A DNA stretch of 64,000 nt. Origin: Camelus dromedarius (taxonomy: Eukaryota). The notes under the pieces were generated by a model. It worked only from the letters and a program-made list of their open reading frames with translations, was not told the origin of the DNA and did no database searches. Location: NCBI RefSeq assembly GCF_036321535.1, contig NC_087447.1:49788001-49852000 (forward strand). Direction: 5' to 3'. A program made the position numbers and the translations under genes. This document shows, one piece after another, positions 11,339 through 25,045 of this stretch (the first letter of the stretch is position 1; each line of letters begins with the position of its first letter).

Positions 11339-13083
11339 GAGATAGCTATTTTTATTAGCCCCATTTTGTAGTTTAGGAGACTGAGGTGTAAATATGTAAA
11401 ATTGCTTGGCCGAAGCCTTGCAGTTAGTAAGTGATGGGGCTGGATTTCAGAATCCAGAGTCTGACTGTAGCTCTAGCACATGGTTGTTGTGCTGCAGACT
11501 TGAGCAACCTTTTCTCCACTGTCTTCACACAGGACAGAGCACCTTTCTTCATACCCTTCCTCCAACTGCCCATCCCTGTTTTAGTACTTAGGAAAGCAGA
11601 GGTTGAGGGCAGAGGTTGGGGGCAGCAAGTGATGGGAAATGGGATAGATTTGAATACAAGAAAGTGCAAGGGTGTGGGGGGCAGTGCTAAAGGGAAGAGG
11701 AGAGTTGGAGATCATAGCTACAGTGATGGCCGTTGAGCTGAGCCCTTTGCAGAAGCAAGGGCTTTCTGTGTGGTCGAAGAGGATTTAAAAGACTGGAATA
11801 GCATGTGCCATGATTTTGTGGCGCTGTTGGGAAGGGATTTTGTGGAGAATATTAGGAGTTTGAGGGTAGTGAAATTTGGATTGTATTTACGAGGTGCTGG
11901 GGAAGAGTGAAAGTCTGGTGGGGGAGACTAGCCTCTGAAATGAGCATTAGTGTGAACTTCCGTGTGTGAGGAGAGGTGGATTGTGAGAGTGATTACTGGG
12001 AGAGGCAATGATGGGCACTGTTACAGGCATCCTGGAGAAATCCTGAGGAGTCCAGAGCCAAGAGGGGTTTAGTTTGGGAGAGCTTTGGGAAAGTGTGGGA
12101 TTAGGAAAGAGAAAGCATCATTTGTTTCACAGAGCCTGTTCTCTGATAACAGTTCACAGTTAACATTGGGGAAAATAATCCAAACAAACTGTCCATGGAA
12201 TAAATCCAACTGCATTTGTAAGCGTTTGTCTAATTTTTGGATTTGTGCCAATGGATGTATAGTGGCTTAAGTGTATGGCTGAATGCTCTGTGATCTCTGA
12301 GTATGGTTTTTACAGCTTTCTGAGGGTGTCATCCTTCTTGAATTCTTGGAAGGCAGCCTATATAACAAAAGCACTTTTACTTTTGCTCTTGACATTAATT
12401 TTGCTTTCAGGGTTAAAATACTGAAGTTTTTAGGATATAAATATATAACATTTAAAAAAGTAAATATTTTAAAGTGTTATCTGTATACAGTAAAGTGTAC
12501 CAAGTATTAGTACATATCTTGATGAATTGTGACAAAGCAAAGCTATATAAGTACTACCCAGATTAAGAAATACAAAATTATTAGCATCTCAGAAGACCCC
12601 CTTATGTTCATTCCCATCTCTGTCTTTCCTTTTTCTCCAAAGGAACCAATATTCTGATATCTAATGTAGGAGGAAAGCTTATGCATATTCTTGAACTGTA
12701 TCTAAATGAATCATTCAAAATGTATTCTTCTTTTGCTCAATATTGTTTGTGAGAGTCATAGAGTATGTGTGTGGGTGTGTATGTGTGTGTGTTTGTGAAA
12801 CTTTTTTCTTTTAGCTTTAATTTGTCTTTTTTGCCTGTGGTTTTTGTAGTTTCAAAGGGTTAGATAAATTGGAAATCCAGTTAACTTTCTTTTAAATAAT
12901 ATTTTGAAAATCGTATTATTTTAATAGATTCCATGTGCTTTGATAAGGTATCAGTATTTCTAAACAGATAAACAAACCCTGTTGATTTAGGATTTCTACC
13001 ATAAAGTTGATTTTTTCAAAGCATAGATTCAGTGGCTTCTCCTCCCCACACCGCCCCCCTCAATCCCTGGCCAATTTCTAAGG

Positions 13084-13262
13084 CAGAGGTTTTCACTGTT
13101 GACATTTTGGGTGGGTAGGTTGGTCTAAAAGATGCTTAGCTGCCTCTGTGGCCTCTGTTCACAATATACCAGCAGCACCATCTGTCCTGCCAATCAAAAA
13201 TGTCTTTAGATGTTGTCAAATGCCCCTTAGGGGGCAAAATTACTTCTGGTTGAGAACCATTG
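13084..13262. mobile_element. MER20-like hAT-Charlie DNA transposon
   Basis: 'caatcaaaaatgtctttagatgttgtcaaatgccccttagggggcaaaattacttctggttgagaaccattg'. Confidence 0.75.
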
Positions 13263-14298
13263 TTCTAAGATATCCTAAGGTATATTTTTGTTTTAAGATA
13301 GAGAGTATCCTGGCTATTATCTACTCATTTATTCCAGTGTTCATTAAGTCCCATTGATTCTAGTGGCTGTATTGTTTAAAATATTAATTTACTGTGTATT
13401 AGTTCCTAAAGTATTGTACTCCCCCCATCCCTAATCTGCCTCCAGAGATTTGTTTTGTTTTTGCCCAAAGAAAACTCACAAAACTATGTATAAGACCTAA
13501 CTTATTTTTCTTATTTTAGTCGACTTAAAGAAAACATTTAGTTAAGGCTGCCTAACTTCTGAACCTTCACACACGTGTGAGTACCAACTCCAGTCCTTAA
13601 TAGCTACTTGTGCCATCGGGACTACTACTTAATCTTTGTCTCCTTTTGATTCTGTAGCATCTTACCTAAACTGTAATTTAAGCATGAACCAGTCACACAG
13701 TTTGAAGACTGTTTTTGCTCTTTAATTTTTGGCTGAGGTTTGTAATTAGCTACTGAATATAAGTTCATCTGAAGAATAACTTCCTTCACAGTCTTAGGTT
13801 TAGAATCTTGAAATAAAAATCTGTGTTTTGTGGTATAGGCATTTAATATGTTCTTAAAAGCTTGATTGAGAACATTTTTTTCCTCCCCAAAGGCTTCCTC
13901 CCTTGAATATAACCTAACTACATTTCTCAGCTACTCAGAGCTGGGGAGGCTTTTTTTGGTGATTGTTTAGTGACCCTTTTTGGGTCACTATATACATAAA
14001 TGCTTAGTTTTGCATACAGTTTTGGGTCCCTTGAAGTATAAATGGAAAACCCCAGATGAAGTAGTCTTAATTTGGTTTAATCCCTTCTTTTTTTAAAAAA
14101 AATTGCAATTCATTATTTTTCTTAGACAGTTATCCATGGAATATATATGTATATATCGAACACATTTTTGTATAATAATGTTCATTTATGTTTGTTTAAC
14201 TCCTATTGGTAGACTTTTCAACTATTTCCAGTCTTTCTCTGTTACTGGATTGCAATGAATGTTCATATACAGGTACCTTTGAAATCATTTACTTAGAG

Positions 14299-14301
<3 letters not shown>

Positions 14302-14342
<41 letters not shown>
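14302..14342. repeat. (TA)n microsatellite
   Basis: Directly visible. Confidence 0.9.
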
Positions 14343-14344
<2 letters not shown>

Positions 14345-14679
14345 CATAGGCATGTACATTTGTATGAATTTAAAAAAATTTAAATTTGCATTTCTTTAAT
14401 TATTAGTTATATTTTAATAGCTTCATTTATTGTATGTCAAACACTATGCCAAGTATATGAACTCATTTATATTTACATAACCCAATGGGTTTCAGCATCT
14501 TTGCATGGATTTATGTAGCATTTTAATTTCTTTTGTGAATTGCTTGTTAATGTCTTTGGCATTAATTTTTCTGATTACTTATGTTTTTTGTTGATTTAAA
14601 GCGTACTTTTCTTGTCCTTTTTTTTGAGAAGGAGGTGGTGTATCTTAGGGTTATTAGCCCTTATCTCTCTTGAGTTTTT

Positions 14680-15815
14680 AAAAATAGTCTTTAACTTTTA
14701 GAACAGTTCTAGATTTACAGAGGAATTGAGAAGATAGTATAGGAAGTTCCCATATACCCTGTACCCATTTTCCCCTATTCTTAACATCTGCCATTAGTAT
14801 GGCGCATTTGTTACAATTAGTGAACAAATATTGATAGATTATCATTAACTAAAGTCTATAGTTTATTCAGATTTCCTTCATTTAAAAAAATGGTAAAATA
14901 TACATAATATAAAATTTGCCATTTTAATCATTTTTAAATATACATTTCAGTGGCATTAAGTACATCCTCAGTGTTGTGCAACGAGCACCACTCTCTATTT
15001 CCGGAATTTTTCATCCTTCCAAACAGAAACTGTTCTCATTAAACAACTCTCCATTCTTCCGTTCCCCCAAGCCCCTGGTAAACTGTTTTCTGCTTTCTGT
15101 CTCTATGAATTTGCTTATTCTAGGTCCTTCATATAAGTGGAATCATACCATATTTGCCATTTTATGTCTGGCTTGTTTCATTCAACGTAATGTTTTCAGC
15201 ATTCATCTGTGTTGCAGCATGTATCAGAATTTGACTCCTTTTCTAAGGTTGAATGATACTCCATTGTATGTGTATACTACATTTTGTTCATTCATCTGTT
15301 GATGGATCCTTAACGTTTCCCTAGTATCCTTTCCCATCCTGCAGGCCACATTCTATTTAGTTTGACTGTCTCCTTCGCCTCCTCTTGGCTGTGACAGTTC
15401 CGCAGGCTTCTCTTCTTTTTGATAACCTTTACAGTTTTGAGTACTAGTGAGGGATTTTATAGGATGTCCCTCTATTGGAATTTGTCTGATTTTTTTTTTC
15501 TTCTTCTCATGATTAGACTAGGATTATGGATTTTGGGGAGAAAGGCCTGAGAAGTAAAGTGCCGTTTTCATCCTGTCATGTCAAGTGAACGTGTTGTTGA
15601 CATGACTTACCGATACTACTGTTAACCTTCAGCATCACCAGTGAGGCCGTGTTTGTCAGGTTTCTCTGCCAGAAAGTTACTCTTTCCCACTCACTCCTCC
15701 ACGCTGTCCTCTGTGGGCGGAAGTCACTCTGTGCTGTCCATGCTTAAGCAGTGGGGATTGATGCTCCCCTCCTTGAGGGCAGTATCTACATAAATTATGT
15801 GGAATTCTGTATGGG
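14680..15815 (-). mobile_element. L1MC-type 3' end interrupted by an L1MB-type 3' end (~14885-15310)
   Basis: The outer element ('ttttagaacagttctagatttacagag...ttcagatttccttca') resumes at ~15311 after an inner 'ggtaaaatatacataatataaaatttgccatt...ttcatctgttgatgga' block. Confidence 0.65.
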
Positions 15816-18800
15816 AGAGTTCTATCAGTAACCACTTCCTTTTACAGATGAGGAATCTAAGGTCTGGGTAACTTTCTCAAAGTCACACAGAGTGTCAACA
15901 CAGGGACTGCAGCTTCAGTCTTTGATGCTCACTTTCATAGGTACCTATTCTTTGCAGGGTTCTGGTGAAAAACAAAAGTTGTAAGTGACATCGAAGGCTG
16001 AGACCGTCATGCTTTGTATTTTATCTCCCACAGCACCTGTACATAGTGCTGTGCTGATAACATAGAATTCAGTATTTTTTTATTTTAAAATTTTATTTGT
16101 ATGTGGGTCTTTCCTTTGAAGAACTTAACAGCCTAGAGAGAGGAAAGAAATGGGGTTAAAACACATACAAGAAAAAAATGTTAGAAGCATGAAAGCTTTC
16201 TAAAGCTTAATTAGCTGTACGTGACCTGTATTTTCCCCTTATGTATCTGTTTATTAGATACCTTACTTCTGTCAGTCTAATCATATTTTTGTTATGTTTT
16301 CAAAAGATCTGTTTTGTTGGCAAGGCCACTGAAGGCAGAGAGCGAGCTGTATCTTATTGGGAACATCTGCCCTGTGTGCAGTGCAGTTCAGTGTTATGTA
16401 CATTTACTTATTCCTTCTGCAAGTATTTGTGGAGTACTTCCACAATTATTCCTTCCTCATGACTCAAATAAAGAAATAATATGTAGTTGTGTTGTACAGC
16501 TATAAAATAAAATGACAGCAATGTTTGAGCTGCTTTGGTTCTTGTAAACAAAACTGTATGAGGAAGCTTCAGAAACAAAGAAAGTATTAGCATCCTGAAA
16601 TCATTATTTTTATGTGATAAAATGCCATTAGGAATTTAAGGGTTTTGTTTGTTTGCTTTTTGTTTTTTTTGTTTGTCCTGTGAAAATGTTTAGTTTTTCT
16701 TTGAAAAGAAAAGCTATGATCTTACTTAGTGTTTACTTTAAAATTTCTCTACTGGGTCACAATTCTTAACTTTGTGGCAGAAAATTCAGAAGTGAAACTG
16801 ACTGGAAATAGAGTAAGAGTAGAATTGAAACTAGTAAGTTGGGCCTGAGTGCGTGGTAAAAATGAAAAAAAAAATTAGGTTTTCATAGTTTCCAAATATA
16901 TATTTTTGATAATCTGTGTATTTTCATCTGTCAGACATATTACTACTAGAGGGAAAAAGAAGTATTTGTCATTTTAAATGAATTAATGAATGAGTGCGGC
17001 TACAAACTCTAGGTGTTGTAGAAGAATTAAAGGAAGATTTATATTAAGTGAAGGGTTGAAACATTTTAGGCTTTATACTTTATTTTAGGTTTAATGCCAT
17101 CAGTAATGTCTCAGTTAAGTTTTTTTTTTTTCATGTCTTGTATTTTAGGAGTTGTATTCTTAGATTGTACAGATAGAGGAGCACATGGAGAATGGAAACT
17201 TGACATTGGCATTTTTTCAAAAATGTAATTCCTTGTATATCTTCTTGGTTTAGTGCTATATGATCTTGTTTTCCATCTTATTTTGAGATGGAAACATGAA
17301 TTCTGAATCAGAATTTTATAGATGTAAAATCTGAAGCCCTCAGAGGTAAAACTATTCCCCTGGCTGGAGACTTGGTCTCTGTTTATTCCCACCCTCAAGC
17401 GTTAGTTTAACAAATCTGTATTGAGTGCCCTGCTCCTCCTGCTAGTGGCAGAGACCTGACCAGATTGTGGGTCTCTCATAAGAAGTTCCACTGTGCTTGG
17501 CTTGGTGTTTTGAGAACTTGTTTCTCTTAAACTTACCTCTGTGCTTTGACACATTATCCCTACAACTTTGGGGGATTTTAGGCTAAATTAAAATGTGGAA
17601 AAGGCTGTCTTTTAAACTTCTTTACAGGATAAGCCCTCAGACCCCACCCCCTGTCCTCTTTTATGGTGTGAATTAGTGAAACTTTAGAGTGTCCCTCTGT
17701 AATTTGAGTGATCAGCCTTCCTGTTTTGTCCCTGGGTACTTACCATGTCTATCTTCTTTTGAATTTTCCATTAAAAAGTCTTGATTCTTTACCTCTTCAA
17801 ATTTCTGAAACGGCAGCCATCTGGTGATTGTGGTTTTTTTGAGGTCAGGAATTTTATTCTGTGTAATATTTGACCATGATGCCATAGACCTCATTTACTA
17901 GTAACGTTATTAGGCATTGAAAACCTCGAGTCAGGTTTATTTCTTGGTGGAGGAACTGAGACAGCTAATGGTAGAGCTGAGCATTAGAGCCCAGCACTTA
18001 GGAGTCTGTTTGTTGGTCCATTGAAATATTGGCACTTTTTCCCAACTTGGTTTTTAGAATGTCCTATAAGATGCAGTCAGACTTTTTTGAAAATAATGAG
18101 GAAAACAGGGAAGCTGAAACTGGTAGCTACCTTTGGCTTTTGTCAGAAGACTTCTGGGTAAGAAAAAAGAGAAGATACAAACGAGTGAAAGTGAAAATCA
18201 GACCTTTATATGGTCTGTTTTTTTCAGGGGAAACTTCGTCCTCTTTTAACAAGACTGTACTGTTTTTTTTTTGACTAAGGGCTTAACTGTGAACTGCCAG
18301 TAGTTGATGTGTTCATGTTAGCCTATGTCAAAACTAATTCTAGGTGCAGAAGTAGAAGAAACTGACTGAGTCATCCATTTATTCAACAGATACTTATAAA
18401 GTACCCCCTCTGATTTGTAGTAAGCGCTAGATTAGCAACTATATGTCTTCTTTCCTCCAACCTACTTATGTCTTTCAGAGGACTTCCTGTCATAATTCTA
18501 GTCATTTTTTGGTATAAGAGCTAATACAGGAAAATAAAACTTTAAAAAAAATACAGTGTGAAAATAATTTAGCAGTATGAAAAAAACTTTTAAAATTTTG
18601 TCTACCTTGATGAATGGAATGTCATTGAGAAAATTGGTGCTTCTTTCATCCACTAAAATGTTAATATTGGGGTATATGTGACAAGCAGCAACATGGGGAA
18701 GACTCTTAATTTTTCATTCTGAAACTAGATCACAAAGCAAGAAAGGCAGGTAGGCCGTGGGGTGCTCATTTCAGGTCTAGGATATTTTAGATGACTGTAC

Positions 18801-19814
18801 TCATTACGGGATACAATTGGTTCCATTTGTAGAACTGTGTATATAGTAGGTATTTCAGGCTTGTTTTCATGAATTGACTTGGAGTTTCTCCTACATGGAA
18901 GAAATATAAATATAACAATACAGAACAGATGTCCCAGTGCTCTGGAATGACTGGCTTACTTTTGATATTCATTTATTTCTATCAGAAGACATCAGTCTGA
19001 TCATTAGATGGGGACACTAGAATTACAGAATTTCTTAATTGCATATTAGCTTCCTTTTTTTGTATTTTACAAACTCAGCAATTTTAAAACTACTTGAAAA
19101 CTATTAGAAGTTTTTCCTCACTATTATTACCTTAATTTTCAAGAAAAGGTTACACTATCAGTATCCTTTTTAATGAGGTAGCAAAAATAGGCAGTGCGTT
19201 TTAGACGTTATATCAAATATAAAAAGAAAATAAATTGATACTTAGAAGTAAACATAAAATCTGTTAAAATGGAAAATTTAATTAATTGTTACTAAATTTC
19301 TGCTGTGTACCAAATTCTGTATTAGACTCTTGCATATGTCTTTCTCTAACTTCTCTTATTGTTGGAGTACCAGAGTATCTTTGAATACAGTTTTATAATT
19401 TCCTAAAAGGAAATAATTATTTCTTTAATATGGTGCGTTAGGAAGACTTGTAAGGCTGGTTCTGGGTGTAACTAACTGAGAAAAACACTGTGTTCTGGTC
19501 TTCGGTTCTTAACTTCACAGTGGGAAGATTGGGTGTCTGTATCTCTGTGCACATTTTTAACCTCTGTGCCTCCATTTCCTCAATTGCAGTTGCTTTACTT
19601 TTTGTCCCTAACGTTTTCATTCCACAGATACCGTGCTCAACGCTGTTATAGACTATCATCTGTTCAACAGTTATTTTTTTGAGTTTCTGCCATGTACACC
19701 ACAGTGGTGAAGAATATGGATTCTAGAGCCTGATGTTGAGTTCAAATTCTGGTCCCACAGTTTCCTAGTTGGTAGTCTGGAAGTTACTTAATCTCCCTCT
19801 GCCTCAGGGAGGCT

Positions 19815-21105
19815 CAGATCATATGGCCATTTTAGTAGGTGTGTAGTGAGTGGTATCTTGGTGTTTTAGTTTGCATTTCCCTAATGAGAAATGAATGTGG
19901 AGCATCTTTTCATATGCTTATTTTGTATCTGTATATCTGTATATCTTGTTTGGTGAGGTAGGTGTCTGTTAAAATCTTTGGCCCATTTTTCAACCAGATT
20001 GTCTTTTTTTTTTAATTGAGTTTTAAGAGTTCTTTGTATATTTTGAGTAACAGACCTTTGTCAGATTTGTCTTTTGCATATATTTTCTCCCAGTCTGTTG
20101 CTTGTCTTTTCATTCTCTTGGCATTCTCTTACACAGAGCAGGCTTTTTAATTTTAATGAAGTCCAGTTTATCAATTATTTCTTTCATGGAGCATGTTTGG
20201 TGTTGTATCTAAAAAGTAATTGCCATTCCCATGGTCGCCTAGATATCTCCTATGTTATCTTCTGTGAGTTTTATAGTTTCACATTTTACATTTAGGTCTA
20301 TAATCCATTTTGAGTTGATTTTTGTGAAGGGTGTAAGGTTTGTGTCTAGATTCATTTTTTTGCATATGGATGTTCAATTGTTCCAGCACCATTTGTTGTT
20401 TAAAAGGCCATCTGCTTTGTTGTATGGCCTTTGGTCTTTTGTCAAAGATCAGTTGACTATACTTATGTGATCTATTTCTGGGCTCTCTATTCTGTTCCTT
20501 TGATTTACTTGTTTCTTCTCTCATCAGTACCACACTGTCTTGATTATTGTAGCTTTATCGTAAGTCTGGAGGTTGGGTATTGTTTGTTCTTCTAAATTTG
20601 TTCTTCTCCTTCAATATTGTGTAAGCTGTTTTGGCTTTTGTAAACTTAGAATCTGTTTGTCAGTATCCACAAAATAATTTGCTGGGATTTCGATTGGGAT
20701 TGCGTTGAATTTATAGATCAAGTTGGGAAGAATTGACATCTTGACAATACTGAATCTTCCAATGCATGAATATACAATGTATCTCTGTTATTTAGTTCAT
20801 TTTTGATATCTTTCATCAGAGTTATGTAGTTTTCATTTTTGGGGGGTACTAATGTAAATGGTATTATGCTTTTAAATTCAAATTCCACTTGTTCATTGCT
20901 GGTATATAGGAAAGCAGTTGGCTTTTGTAAATTAGTCTTGTATCCTAAAATCTTGGTATAATTGCCTAGTTCTAGGAGGTTTCCTTTGGTCGATTTTCTT
21001 AGATTTTCTACATGGACAGTCAAGTCATTTGTGAACAAAGACAGTTTTATTTCTTCCTTCCCAACCGCTATACCTTTTATACCTTTTCTTGTCTTAGCTA
21101 GGACT
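19815..21105 (-). mobile_element. Old L1 ORF2 fragment
   Basis: Minus-strand ORFs 20279..20533 (KYSQLIFDK) and 20718..21038 (LLEL..GYKTNLQKPTAFLYTSNEQ) are L1 ORF2-like. Confidence 0.85.
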
Positions 21106-21862
21106 TGTTTTTCTTTTCTTTTTTAAACTTTTTGTTTGTTTAGAATTTCAAGGTTATTGAAAAAATGTAAAAATAAAACTTGTACAGGAACACCTTTATA
21201 CCCTTTACCCAGAGTCATCTATTGTTAACTTTATTCCATTTGCTTTATCATTTGCAGCTCTCTCTTCCTGTGTACATACAGATATAGATAAGTATTTTTG
21301 TATGTGAATCATTTGAAGTTACGTACACCATGACCTTTTATCCTTAAATTCTTGAGTATATATTTCCTAGAATAGATATGTTGTCTCTTATATCCACAGT
21401 ATAGTTACCGGTTTCAGCAAATTAACATTCATATAATACTTTTATCTGATCCGTGGTCCATATTCTGTCAGTTGATCCCATAATGTCCTTTATAGAAAGT
21501 TTCCTCCTCTAGTTCATGATCCAGTCTCGAGTTAGGTATTGCATTTAGTTGCCTTATCTCTTCTTAAGGTAGAGCATTTCTTCAATTATTATTATTATTA
21601 TTAGTCTCTTTAATGTCAGTGTTATAATACAAACCCCTTCCTCTCTTTTTAAAATAGACCATTCTTCATTTTCTGTTTAGCTGATGTTTCCTTATGATTA
21701 GATTCAGATTATACATTCTCAATTGGAATTTCATGTGTGGTGATATGTCCTTGATAGGGTATCACTTCTGGAAGCACGCGATCCCCATTTGTCTCTCGTT
21801 GGTAATGTTTATTTTGGTCACTCAGTCAAGATATTATCTGATTTCTCAACTATGTAATTCTC

Positions 21863-21899
21863 TGTGTGTGTGTGTGTGTGTATCTGTGTGTGTGTGTGT
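21863..21899. repeat. Interrupted (TG)n microsatellite within an old L1 3' end (~21130-22100)
   Basis: Directly visible. Confidence 0.8.
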
Positions 21900-23201
21900 C
21901 TGCCCTTGCAACTAACTAATAAACAGGAGACACTTGGGGACCAGGCGTATATCCTGCTCCTCCTCTTCTAGGTTTATCACCCACTGATGATTTTTGTCTG
22001 AGCTAATCTTGTCTGTGATTGTGGTAAAACAATGATTTCCCTGCTCTTAGCACTCCCTCCACCTTTACCAGTCTACCCTTGGCATTGAACCGGAAGCAAG
22101 AGTGGAAGGTTAGTTTTGAGGAGAGACTAGTGGTGAGAAGAGTGATTAAGAAGAGTGGTGGGGAAAGAAGACTGCTGATGAAGTTTCTAAATAAGATAAG
22201 ACTGAGGCCTGAGCTGTGCGGCAAGGTGAAACAGTCATTCATTCATCATTCCTTTAGTCTATCAGCTAACATTCATTGAATATCTGTGTGGCTCCACAAC
22301 AGCCACATGGGATAAAAAGACAGTTTTGGTTCTTAAGGAGCTTATAGTCATTGAGGCTACAGAAAGGCAAAGAGTTGTGATAAAATATAACTGCTACTAA
22401 AAGCTATGTATAAAATACAACTTTAAATGTTACCATACACATAAGGCTGCTGTCTTATGGCACAGTGAAATATCTAATCTTACCTATGGTTTACTCATTA
22501 GTTCATCCATCAGACACTTACAAGTACCTTCTTTGTGCCAGGCCTGTGCTCAGCGCTGTGGGTACAAAGAGGAATAAAACTTGGTTGCTGTATTTAAGGA
22601 TCACCCCTCTTTTGCGGGGAGCACAGGCATATGGACATTGTCAATAAAGTATGATTGTGGTGGGTGCTGCGATGGTGGCATGTACATAATATAATATATA
22701 TACATGGCACGGAGGGGAGAAGTCATCGTCGTGGTTTGGAAAGGGAGGTCACGAAGGATGAATCAAAAGTAGTGATTCTGAGTTGGGTCTTGATGAATGA
22801 TTTGACACTTGTCCACTTAATTGTAGACGTTCATTTTAGTCCAACTTTGTGATTACACTTGCTGTCATGTTTTCCTCCAGCCAAGAATCATGGCTCGTTG
22901 TCACACACTGTTATAGAAATACCCTTTACAAAATTACTTATGAATGAATTTTCCGCTCTTACCTTTTTTTCTTTCACCGTGCTGCCTTGTGTTTTTAGTA
23001 GCTAATCTCTTTAAAACCTCTCTTACAGAATTTTTAGCCCCAGTAGTTAGAACCATCTCCCCCATTTAACAGGTGAGAGAATCAAGGCCCAGAGAAGAAT
23101 GTGGAAGAGCTAGAGTTCACACCCAGCTATTTTGGTTCTAAATTCGGAGCTTTCCCCACTGTCTTACTCCGTTTGCTTCTTGGATTTAAAATACAGTTTT
23201 C

Positions 23202-23349
23202 TGGGGGGAGGGAATAGCTCAAGCACTAGAGCACATGCTTAGGATGCATGAGGTCCTGGGTTCAATCCCCAGTACCTCCTCTAAAAATAAATACATAAAT
23301 AGACCTAATTACCTCCCTACCTAATTACAAAAAAAATTTTTAAAAAGTA
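23202..23349 (+). mobile_element. tRNA-derived SINE (Vic-1-like, long form)
   Basis: 'gaggtcctgggttcaatccccagtacctcc', 'acctaattacctccc' extension, TSD ACAGTTTTC (23193-23201 / 23350-23358). Confidence 0.85.
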
Positions 23350-24904
23350 ACAGTTTTCCAATTTCATCTTTGTCTCTACCTTCACAAACTTGTATAGCTG
23401 GAGTTAAGTGGATAGATTTTTGAAGCTACAGGTAAACTGATCACTAAAAGCTGAGGAAACTGTAAGGTGATTGATGAAAATAGTAACATTACTAAACTGT
23501 CATACATGCCAGCACTGTGTCTAAGTGCTTTGCAGTTCCTCCATTTACTCTTCATCACAGCTCCCTGAGGTAGAAACTGTTACTAGCTCCATTTTACAGA
23601 TGAGATATCTGAAGCTCAGAGAGTTTAATTACATTCTTAAGTGAAATAGCAGGGCTGGGACTCAAACCTAAGTCTGCTGAGTTTATACCACAACACAAAA
23701 ACAATGTTTGGCATAATTGGAGTAAGTGGCTCACAATCTGATTTTGAACTGAAGCACACCCCGTTTGCTTTTTTCAGGTTGATTTGACTGAACTCCGTTG
23801 GTAGATGGGCATCTCTAAAACTGTTTACCCCAGTGCTATGTTGTACAGGCTGTTGCACAGGAGTTAGTCTTCATGTTGTGGGTGACTTAATCTGTTCATC
23901 TGTTCTTGTGGCTGAGCATCTATAAAAGTTTTCCTATATTATTTGCTTTTGCAGAGTCAAAGCTTCTTGGTGCAGAAATGGAAGTGGGGCAGAGACCCAT
24001 TTTAATTTAATGTTATTGCATTTATGTAGGAGAAGTATTCAGAGGTATTGAGTCTTCTGTTTCATTGTGTAGTTCCTGGCACATCATGGTTACTCAAGAA
24101 ATCTTGAAATACTTTGGTTTGTTAGGGTACAACGTACAGAAGAGAATTATGAAGACATGAGGATGTTTGTGAATGTTGAGAGCTGATTGGGACAGATTGG
24201 GATCAAAGATGGTACTAGAAAGTAGATTGAGGGCCTTTGGGTTTTTTTAGTAAAGCTTGTTTTTAGTGGGAGCACCTCATTAGATACAGGCAACCTCGGT
24301 TAGTTCTGAGGCAAAGAGAAGGAGGTAATGGGAAGGAAATAATGGAAACGAAGACGTGAAGCATCTGCGTTAGAATTACCAAGTTATAGTTTGCTGATCT
24401 TGGTAGGTTTTAAGCATAGATTTTTGCCTGAAATCTTAACATTTAGTGCTTTATAATGACTTGCACTTTCTTAAGGAATTATGAAGAGCTTACTATTTGT
24501 AAGTGAGCTCTTGTTTGCAGAAGAGGAAGTTGATGCATGCATAAAAGAAGGAAGCTGGTTTTTCATAGTATACACAGCAGTCGCTTTAGGGCAATGAGTG
24601 AAAAGTGTGGAAAACAAGAAACATATGCCAGAAATATTGTGAGGAATTGATGGGCTGGGTGGCTGATTAGAAGCGGAAGTGGGGGCAAGGGCATCTGCCA
24701 GGCAAAGATGTCTCAAAGGTTTTGAAACTGGATTTCAGGGAAGCAAATACCTAGTGTACATGCACACGTGTACACGTAGCCGAGGAGAGCGGCCTGGGTC
24801 CAGATCTTGATTTTGCTGCTTGCTGACAGTGTAAACGTGGGTAGGCCCCTTTACTTAGGGCCCCATTTTATTATCTTAAAAGTGAGTAAAATAACTTAGA
24901 TTCA

Positions 24905-25045
24905 TGCTTATTAAACTCAAAATGTGCATCCATATCACCTGGGGATCATGTTAAAAATGTACATTCTGATTGAGTGAGGTCTGTAGTGGGACCTGAGAGT
25001 CAGCATTTCCATCAGATGCCCAGGTGATACCAAGTAGCAAAGGCT
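24905..25045. mobile_element. MER5A-like hAT-Charlie element
   Basis: 'atcacctggggatcatgttaaaaatgtacattctgatt..gtgaggtctg..gtgggacctgaga..gcatttc..cccaggtgat'. Confidence 0.7.
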